NCBI RefSeq assembly: GCF_013215215.1
Contig: NZ_JABSOU010000001.1
Source of the DNA: Cognatishimia sp.
Lineage (GTDB): Bacteria > Pseudomonadota > Alphaproteobacteria > Rhodobacterales > Rhodobacteraceae
Strand: one strand, 5' to 3'
Length of the DNA: 64,000 nt
Shown here: positions 57,680 to 64,000 of the stretch, one piece after another
How the letters are laid out: each line of letters begins with the position of its first letter
Position numbering within the stretch: the first letter of the stretch is position 1
Notes under the pieces: model-generated
What the model was told of the DNA's origin: nothing
Databases searched by the model: none
What the model saw: only the letters and a program-made list of their open reading frames with translations
Translations under genes and position numbers: made by a program

Positions 57680-58075
57680 TTACAAGTATTTCTCATCTTC
57701 GTGGACAAAAGGTAATTTATTTACTTGGTTTTTAAACTCTTCTAAAATTTTTATCATCATAGGTATATCAGGGTAACAACAATACCCTCCTTCTATAAAG
57801 TCCATATTATCTTTATCACAAAAGAAGTTAATATGATTTACAGCTTCAAAAGTAATTCTAGCTGATATAATTACATCTTCTACCTCGTACTTTTCAAGCC
57901 CTTCTATATCTTGTTCAGTTACATAGAAAACACATATAACGGCCCAATGCTCTGCTTGACAAACATACATTCTATAAGGGCCGTCAACCCAAACAAGGTT
58001 AGGTGCAATATTATTACCAGTTTGGTACTGCATGTCTGCAAGGTGTTTAGATAAACTCATCTCTAAAAACTCCAA
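57680..58075 (-). CDS. hypothetical protein
   Basis: 131-aa ORF. Confidence 0.4.
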   Translation of the reverse strand: MEFLEMSLSKHLADMQYQTGNNIAPNLVWVDGPYRMYVCQAEHWAVICVFYVTEQDIEGLEKYEVEDVIISARITFEAVNHINFFCDKDNMDFIEGGYCCYPDIPMMIKILEEFKNQVNKLPFVHEDEKYL

Positions 58076-58371
58076 CCTTTTTTATTTAGTTTTTCCCTCC
58101 TTCCCCAAAGTTTGTTAAGAGACTCTTCTAATTGTTGCTGTTGGTATCTATCATTAGCAAGCGCAATCTTACTTTGCTCAGTATCTTTATATCTCCTAGC
58201 ATGAAAATCCTTTTCAAACTCATGTAATTCTTTTTCTTTAAGTAATATTAACTTGTCTATTTCTTTTATTAAATTAATACCTTTATTAGGGTTTTTCTTA
58301 AATTCTTTAGGTTTATATCCTGAAGACCCTTCTATATATCTACCCCTAGATGTTGCATAATATTTTGACAT
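58063..58371 (-). CDS. hypothetical basic protein
   Basis: 102-aa ORF. Confidence 0.35.
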   Translation of the reverse strand: MSKYYATSRGRYIEGSSGYKPKEFKKNPNKGINLIKEIDKLILLKEKELHEFEKDFHARRYKDTEQSKIALANDRYQQQQLEESLNKLWGRREKLNKKGWSF

Positions 58372-58421
58372 GTGATTAATTCCTATTTTGTATCTATTCT
58401 TTTAAATTTTTTATTATTTCA

Positions 58422-58763
58422 CTAATTTGTTTTGTCATTTTTTTCTCCTTTCAAAAGATTCAGAAGAGGATCATCATCCAGATCAATCAAACGGCCTTCT
58501 CCGGTCATCTCTATACCTCTTATTCTAACATAGTAAGAGTAAGCCCCAGCTACCTCATAAGAAAAATCTATTCTATCATCGTCTCTATCAGGTCCGTTAT
58601 AGTACCAAAAATTTAGTTCCCTAGTATCTATTAGACAATATATACTAGGTTTATATTTGCGAACTAATAATAATAAAGTCTCATACTTTAAATAAGACTC
58701 GTTATCTTTTATTAGTTTTAAATGATTATATATTTCTTCTTCTTTGTCCATTATAATCCCCAA
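58422..58763 (-). CDS. hypothetical protein
   Basis: 113-aa ORF. Confidence 0.35.
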   Translation of the reverse strand: MGIIMDKEEEIYNHLKLIKDNESYLKYETLLLLVRKYKPSIYCLIDTRELNFWYYNGPDRDDDRIDFSYEVAGAYSYYVRIRGIEMTGEGRLIDLDDDPLLNLLKGEKNDKTN

Positions 58764-58966
58764 TCTCTTTTAAATAAGTTAAAAGAACTGTAAAATCTAG
58801 ACCAGTGCTTTAAAACTGTTTCTTTAGGTAAATTACACCTTTTTATAAGCCTTCTAAGTTCTTTTTTTGTAGATTTTTTACTATCTTTATCACCTATTTT
58901 AAAATATGCTGCTAGTTCCCAAGAAGTACCAGTACTAGGAAAACAAGCAATATAATATTCAAACAT
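58751..58966 (-). CDS. hypothetical protein
   Basis: 71-aa ORF. Confidence 0.3.
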   Translation of the reverse strand: MFEYYIACFPSTGTSWELAAYFKIGDKDSKKSTKKELRRLIKRCNLPKETVLKHWSRFYSSFNLFKRDWGL

Positions 58967-59025
58967 TCTTCCTACTCCTTTTTCTTCTTATATACCCATT
59001 TGAGAACATATTAGGAATCCTATAG

Positions 59026-59280
59026 CTAATCCACCATTCCTAATTCTGCTCTTAAGTTCATTATTTCAGTTTGTTTTTTAACTGCTCTTTCATCTTGGAT
59101 ACACAAAGAATGAAGTAAGACATCTTCTATTTGAGCAAAACCTAATATTATAGAATCGAACTCTTGAAATTGGTGAGGTTTAAGGTTTTCTTTAAAAGCC
59201 TTTATTCTTTTAAAGTGCTCTTCACTTAGCTGTATATATCTATCGTGTAATTCCCACAATTTATCTAACTTATGTAGCAT
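59026..59280 (-). CDS. hypothetical protein
   Basis: 84-aa ORF. Confidence 0.35.
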   Translation of the reverse strand: MLHKLDKLWELHDRYIQLSEEHFKRIKAFKENLKPHQFQEFDSIILGFAQIEDVLLHSLCIQDERAVKKQTEIMNLRAELGMVD

Positions 59281-59281
59281 A

Positions 59282-59704
59282 TTAATCTTGCCTAGTATTT
59301 TTATTTATTAAATTATCGTTTATATACGTTATCACAAATAATCTAGGAGCGTATTTAGCTTGTAAACATTTTTTAACATGCCCCATACAATTATTGGAAA
59401 ATCCAAGAGTTAACCCTAACCCAAAAACCAGTACACAGGCTATAACAGTAGACCAGTCATCCCTAGAGTAACTATTTTTTTCTGACTGCAAATACTTTTT
59501 AATTGTAAATACAGAGATAATCACAGTAGATAAAAAAGTGAATATTGCTAAAAGCCCCCAAAAAGAAGCATCTGCAAAACTAGCCCAAAAACCGTAATTA
59601 CCTATCTCTACAAATAATGCAGAAGCTTGCTCCCCTACTAAAGAAGCACCAGCTTTTACTGCTTCCGTTAATTCTATTAAATATTTATCAAAAATTTCTT
59701 GCAT
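59282..59704 (-). CDS. hypothetical membrane protein
   Basis: 140 aa with 3 predicted TM helices. Confidence 0.4.
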   Translation of the reverse strand: MQEIFDKYLIELTEAVKAGASLVGEQASALFVEIGNYGFWASFADASFWGLLAIFTFLSTVIISVFTIKKYLQSEKNSYSRDDWSTVIACVLVFGLGLTLGFSNNCMGHVKKCLQAKYAPRLFVITYINDNLINKNTRQD

Positions 59705-59774
59705 ATATTTTTCCTTTGTTTAATATTTTAACATCTTTTTGTCGTAAATTATTGCTTTTTCCATATTAGCCCTT

Positions 59775-60401
59775 TTATTTTATACTATCCCACCAAATAC
59801 CTTTACCGTTAATATTAAAACAAAAGTCACAAGCCCCTGAAGAAGTTTCACCTATAGGGAATAAGGCTTGGAAGATTTTAGATGTTTCATAAGATTTTAT
59901 GTACATATTGAAGTCTAAAAAACCTTGAACTAACGTATCTATTTCTCTAGCTTGCTCTTCGTCTTGATACCTACCGTGTTTTAAATAAGGTTTATCTCTC
60001 TCTATAAAGACTCTTAATCTTACATTATTAAACTTTTTATCTGCTCTAGTTATAAATTCATCATTTACAATGAATAAAGGCATATAACCTGAATGAGATT
60101 CATTATAGAAATCATCGTATATACTACCTAAGTGTATAGGTGAGTCAGTTATTAAGTAATCTACCTTACCATACAGCTCTGCTTCTAATTTTTGTTGCTT
60201 TGCCGATAAGTAGAACTGTGACAATTCATCTATTTCTTTGTTTTGCCAAGCCCATCTCTTAGCATACTCAGATACTAATTCAACTTTTAAGCCTGCCTTC
60301 TTCATTTGTGTATAAAGTTGTGCTGCTGTAGTAGATTTTCCTGCTCCAGGACCCGCGTAAAATTCAATTATTGTTGTCATGGTATTGTCTCCTTGTACCA
60401 A
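59775..60401 (-). CDS. P-loop NTPase, (d)NMP kinase-like
   Basis: N-terminal Walker A AGPGAGKSTT; 208 aa, size/architecture of small nucleotide kinases. Confidence 0.45.
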   Translation of the reverse strand: MVQGDNTMTTIIEFYAGPGAGKSTTAAQLYTQMKKAGLKVELVSEYAKRWAWQNKEIDELSQFYLSAKQQKLEAELYGKVDYLITDSPIHLGSIYDDFYNESHSGYMPLFIVNDEFITRADKKFNNVRLRVFIERDKPYLKHGRYQDEEQAREIDTLVQGFLDFNMYIKSYETSKIFQALFPIGETSSGACDFCFNINGKGIWWDSIK

Positions 60402-60412
60402 CCATTATAACA

Positions 60413-60637
60413 TTAATAACCGTACATGTTGTTAGCATGAATTGTTAAACACTTACTAGAACAAACGTTCATAGCTGATTCTACCATTTCTATAGCGCGC
60501 CAAGCAGTAGTATGTTTATCTAACTGATTGCCAAAAAAATTAATATTTAAATCTTCAAGAGATCTAGATACATAATATTCCTTAGAGCATATTAAGCATT
60601 TTTGCCTTTTGTCTATAAGCCTAGCTTTAGAAGTCAT
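60413..60637 (-). CDS. hypothetical Cys-rich small protein
   Basis: 74-aa ORF with CLIC…C…C. Confidence 0.3.
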   Translation of the reverse strand: MTSKARLIDKRQKCLICSKEYYVSRSLEDLNINFFGNQLDKHTTAWRAIEMVESAMNVCSSKCLTIHANNMYGY

Positions 60638-60863
60638 AGTCGTAAAACTCTCCGCCTATTTGATATTCAGTTTCTTCAGTGACCTCATCCAGTATTTCAA
60701 AGTGTTCTAATATATTATCAGCTTTATTAAATTCGTTATCGAATCTATTCTTAAAGATTTGTAGTGCTTGTTTTTTAGTTTCAGCTTCTATTTCAGTGGA
60801 ATAACCTAAATTAAACTTCTGCACCCAGCTAACGTGGCAATCATATTTCTTCACTAATTGCAA
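60627..60863 (-). CDS. hypothetical protein
   Basis: 78-aa ORF. Confidence 0.3.
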   Translation of the reverse strand: MQLVKKYDCHVSWVQKFNLGYSTEIEAETKKQALQIFKNRFDNEFNKADNILEHFEILDEVTEETEYQIGGEFYDYDF

Positions 60864-61240
60864 CTCCTTCTATAGGTAAGGGTTTTAGCATAATCTATTA
60901 AATAAACCCTAGGGGCAAATTTTATCTTTATTAATTTATGTGTGTGTACTAATAAAGTGGGGAAACACACCAGAGAAGCCATCACACAAATAACCAGAAC
61001 AACTCCATCACGATCAGCAATATGTTTATTTTTATCCCATATCCCCTTAATCATTATTATGCAAGTAATTAGTATTATTAAATAAATAGTGCTAGTTACT
61101 AAACAAGAACAAAACTTATAAGTCAATAATTCTTGTAGTACTAGAGGTGTTTCCTTAACTAAAAATTCCTTAGCTGAGGAATAAGTACTGATTAAATCAG
61201 TTAAGACTACGTTTGTAAAATTTTCTATGTTTGCATTCAT
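60854..61240 (-). CDS. hypothetical membrane protein
   Basis: 128 aa, 2-3 TM helices. Confidence 0.4.
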   Translation of the reverse strand: MNANIENFTNVVLTDLISTYSSAKEFLVKETPLVLQELLTYKFCSCLVTSTIYLIILITCIIMIKGIWDKNKHIADRDGVVLVICVMASLVCFPTLLVHTHKLIKIKFAPRVYLIDYAKTLTYRRSCN

Positions 61241-61651
61241 TTAGTTATATCTCCCATCAATAATGTCTTTAGTGTAAAGCATATCTTTAGTGCTTTCAAG
61301 TAGCCCAGAAGAATGGCTTGTAGGTACTATATTAGCACTTTTAAATAAGTCTGTCACTATATTATCTGCCCCATAATTTAGATTTGATACTTTAGCAATA
61401 TTAGAACACCAATATTGCGCATCTATACCCCTACCAAATTGAAATACTATGCGACCCGGGTAAAGTTCTTTCCAAGACTTCAAAAACTCTACCACTCCTA
61501 CAAAGAGTGCAAGACCTTCTGTATAAGATAAGGACTTTTCTTGGCAGATATTATCTTCGTAATTATATAACTTAATAATATAACAATCTAATAAGTCATC
61601 ATAAGAGAAAATTCCGCAAGTATCTTTAGGTTCGTTATTCGATAGTTTCAC
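61241..61651 (-). CDS. hypothetical protein
   Basis: 136-aa ORF. Confidence 0.4.
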   Translation of the reverse strand: MKLSNNEPKDTCGIFSYDDLLDCYIIKLYNYEDNICQEKSLSYTEGLALFVGVVEFLKSWKELYPGRIVFQFGRGIDAQYWCSNIAKVSNLNYGADNIVTDLFKSANIVPTSHSSGLLESTKDMLYTKDIIDGRYN

Positions 61652-61856
61652 ATATCACCACTTTAGTATGCTTAGGTTTCTCCTCCATGATATTTATTTC
61701 ATACAACATACCAAATAAAGCAGCCTTAAACCCTTGCTTATTTTCTTCAGAATAGTCCTCTGTATTTTCATTATTAGCGTGTAGCTCGTCTATAAAATCC
61801 ATTAATTTAGCCCTAGTAGAGTCTGGCATTTGATATTTGTAAACTAAATTATTCAT
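61635..61856 (-). CDS. hypothetical protein
   Basis: 73-aa ORF. Confidence 0.3.
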   Translation of the reverse strand: MNNLVYKYQMPDSTRAKLMDFIDELHANNENTEDYSEENKQGFKAALFGMLYEINIMEEKPKHTKVVICETIE

Positions 61857-62211
61857 TTACTACCTTCTTTTGCTCTTGTAAAATATTTATAACTGTGTCT
61901 ACTAATAACCCTAATGGCTCATCATAAGCAAATAGGGGTAGTACCACTGCACCAACTTCTTCTCTTGAGTAAAACCAATTTAGTAAGTCATGGCAATCAT
62001 AAGCTTTATAGTAATCTTCTACTTCCTCCCTATTCTCACCTGGTTTACGTTTTTGCCACTTAATCTCTTCTATAAACCCTTCCTCCGCTGTAGATTCTGG
62101 GGGAGAAGAAGAGCCTAGAATTTCAACCCACCAACCAGTATGTCTTTCAGAATCAAATCCCAAATCCTTTAATTGTTCAGCTAATACATGCGTTACAACT
62201 TTTTGTTCCAT
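61849..62211 (-). CDS. hypothetical protein
   Basis: 120-aa ORF. Confidence 0.4.
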   Translation of the reverse strand: MEQKVVTHVLAEQLKDLGFDSERHTGWWVEILGSSSPPESTAEEGFIEEIKWQKRKPGENREEVEDYYKAYDCHDLLNWFYSREEVGAVVLPLFAYDEPLGLLVDTVINILQEQKKVVNE

Positions 62212-62373
62212 ATCACTTCCTTAAGCCAATAAATTGGCAAACCTCTTTAAAATAGGGCTTTACTATTTTTTCGTCCTGTTTTTATCCAAAGATCTAGTAG
62301 TTTTAACCAACCATCTCTAAATACGGCCGATTTACCAGTAGTCCTACCCGTAACTGTATACATATTATAATCT

Positions 62374-62643
62374 TTAAAACAATCTATACGCATCGTAGTC
62401 CCAATCTCTTACAAGTAAAACACTAGAAAGAGGTATAACCTTAGTCTCATTTTTTCTCTCTTCTAGGAAATGCCCGTTGTAGTGGCTAAAGGCAGGTAAT
62501 ATATACTTTAAGACTATCTTTTCTTCTAAATAATAGTGGATGCTATCACCATGTTCCGTACTATTGGCACAGTCATAAACAAAGCTTTCACTATTTCCAT
62601 CTACAAGTTTTATTTGTAAAACTCTCTTATCTTTATTATTCAC
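62374..62643 (-). CDS. hypothetical protein
   Basis: 89-aa ORF. Confidence 0.35.
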   Translation of the reverse strand: MNNKDKRVLQIKLVDGNSESFVYDCANSTEHGDSIHYYLEEKIVLKYILPAFSHYNGHFLEERKNETKVIPLSSVLLVRDWDYDAYRLF

Positions 62644-62655
62644 TTCACAGACCTT

Positions 62656-62865
62656 TTAATGAAATAAAATATAAACCACGGCTAACCAATAAAAAGCTTT
62701 ATTCCAATCGCCTTCTTGTGCTGCTTTATATGAAGTTTTAACTAGTTTGTAAAATAGAGTAAGTACTAATGCCAGTATTACTATTAATAAAATTAAGGTT
62801 GGTAACGGCCCAACTGTCGCTGTTAATTCCATTACTTTTGTTGTTAATTCTGTTGTGTTTTCCAT
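62656..62865 (-). CDS. small membrane protein
   Basis: 69 aa, one long TM helix. Confidence 0.4.
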   Translation of the reverse strand: MENTTELTTKVMELTATVGPLPTLILLIVILALVLTLFYKLVKTSYKAAQEGDWNKAFYWLAVVYILFH

Positions 62866-62912
62866 GTTTTCTCCTTTATACTATTTATTATAACATCTCT
62901 TATTAAAAGCTG

Positions 62913-63185
62913 TCACCTTGCATTTAATATACCTCTTTGTATCTCGTAATCTGTAAAACAAGATAGCCCCCCTTGATACCCATATTTAAATATATAGCAA
63001 GTAACTTTATTCTCATCATCGTGTACTACTGATACACTATGTTCGGGTACTGACCTATATTGTTCTTTAGCCTCAAATTCTCTAGTGAATCTGTAAGATT
63101 CCTTATCAAAGGATTTAGCATCACTGGTGTGGCAACCAAATAATGTACTTAATAATATTAATAAGATAAATAAATTTTTCATTTT
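62913..63185 (-). CDS. putative lipoprotein (start at internal Met MKNLFILLILLSTLFGC…)
   Basis: Signal peptide with lipobox LFGC; longer annotated ORF 62913..63266 overlaps the upstream gene by 83 nt, so the internal start is preferred. Confidence 0.45.
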   Translation of the reverse strand, partial: KMKNLFILLILLSTLFGCHTSDAKSFDKESYRFTREFEAKEQYRSVPEHSVSVVHDDENKVTCYIFKYGYQGGLSCFTDYEIQRGILNAR

Positions 63186-63483
63186 ATACTCCAAATACCC
63201 CAGTAAGCCAATTATACATATAGGGGTGTATATTTGCAATAATCCAAAAATTAATAAAGAGTGCAATAAGGAATACTTTGTCGGCTGTATGGCTACAAAA
63301 TATACATCCTCTAGCGTTTACCTCAACCCATGGAGTCCTTTTAATTAAACAAAATAAAACATAAATAATACCTGCTTGTAGTCCTATAAGTAATAATCCA
63401 TATAATATATGAAAATTCATACACAATAACGCTAATTTTTCGTGTTCGCTTACAATGCTCATTTTATCTCCTTTTCTAATCAA
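63184..63483 (-). CDS. hypothetical membrane protein
   Basis: 99 aa, 3 TM helices, first gene of the minus early-like unit. Confidence 0.4.
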   Translation of the reverse strand: MIRKGDKMSIVSEHEKLALLCMNFHILYGLLLIGLQAGIIYVLFCLIKRTPWVEVNARGCIFCSHTADKVFLIALFINFWIIANIHPYMYNWLTGVFGV

Positions 63484-63589
63484 TTATATCATAACCAAAA
63501 TAATGGTAATTATATAGAAGTTTAACCTTCGTTAAATTATACAGAAACTTAGTGCTAACATAATTAACTGGAGCTTTAAAAGTTCTGAG

Positions 63590-63790
63590 GCTTAATCACC
63601 TCGCATCTGGCGGTCAGCAGAAATGTCCTGACCGCATAATATATGACATTTCCTGGGATTTTGTTTCCAGGAGATTGTAGTGTATGTCCAGAGCCTAGGC
63701 TTAAAGACTGCAATGATCGTCCAGATGCGATTGATTAACTCCTGGAATTAATTAACTGTTGCTCCATTAATAATAGGAGTAGTGAATTGT
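63590..63790 (+). other. GC-richer hairpin-dense non-coding element (candidate structured RNA / 5' leader)
   Basis: Local GC rises markedly; hairpins GGTCAG-cagaaatgtc-CTGACC, CCTGG-gattttgttt-CCAGG, GAGG-cttaatca-CCTC, and long-range complementarity GCATCTGG (63612-63619) with CCAGATGC (63719-63726). Confidence 0.3.
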
Positions 63791-63825
63791 ATAAATTATT
63801 AGTAATAGTCTTAGTTATGGTTGGC

Positions 63826-64000
63826 AGTAACCTTGCCCTAAAAGCAGTGGAATTTGGGAATGAGCTTCAAAAATCTTTTGTTGCTCAAATAGTGAAATCT
63901 CATGGTTATGACTGCCCTAAGCCTATAGCTTTAGCCTCTATGGAACACAAAGAAGGCTGGGTGTTAATGTGTCAAGATTCGTTTAACACAGAGACTCAGA
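63826..64000 (+). CDS. partial CDS running off window end, hypothetical
   Basis: ATG 63826 MVGSNLALKAVEFGNELQKSFVAQIVKSHGYDCPKP… open to the edge; a TTG at 63790 would add a hydrophobic N-terminus. Confidence 0.25.

Noticed and set aside
63590-63700. Possible tRNA in the GC-rich region
   Set aside because: Could not build a 7-bp acceptor stem with matching 3' end or a cloverleaf; hairpins do not fit tRNA geometry.

Overview
This window looks like a ~64 kb stretch of a very AT-rich tailed-phage genome (contractile-tail myovirus type). It is gene-dense, with no rRNA, tRNA, CRISPR array, integrase or transposase recognised. Strong AAAGGAGG-type ribosome-binding sites upstream of several genes suggest a low-GC Gram-positive-like host, but that is inference only.

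Layout from left to right:
- **1-3842 (minus strand):** replication genes, including a DnaB-family helicase and a partial ORF at the window edge.
- **3843-4206:** a divergent intergenic region with three copies of a 21-22 bp near-palindromic element around an AT-only tract, read as a candidate origin or operator.
- **4207-5824 (plus):** a classical AAA ATPase and one hypothetical gene.
- **5807-20596 (minus):** a P2-like contractile-tail module. In transcription order it reads baseplate V-W-J-I, fibres, sheath, tube, chaperone E with a -1 frameshift extension (E'), tape measure, U, LysM protein X, D.
- **20553-29030 (minus):** neck and head genes in the order portal, Mu-F-like, scaffold, major capsid, then neck proteins.
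- **29119-34452 (minus):** a separate unit ending in a terminator that encodes a 1180-aa beta-rich virion protein.
- **34565-37423 (plus):** an island with a sigma-70-family factor, three tiny membrane proteins and a Dam methyltransferase.
- **37405-42949 (minus):** a second structural/fibre unit.
- **42898-54823 (plus):** an auxiliary and probable counter-defence block. It holds ThyX, MazG, a metallophosphoesterase, T4-like polynucleotide kinase and Rnl1 RNA ligase, a Prs-like plus Nampt-like pair (candidate NARP1 NAD+ reconstitution) and a flotillin-like SPFH protein.
- **54820-63483 (minus):** about 20 small early-type ORFs.
- **63590-63790:** a GC-richer, hairpin-dense non-coding element before a partial plus-strand ORF.

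No terminase large subunit or endolysin was recognisable anywhere in the window. All functional calls rest on motif and synteny reading by eye; no database search was run.
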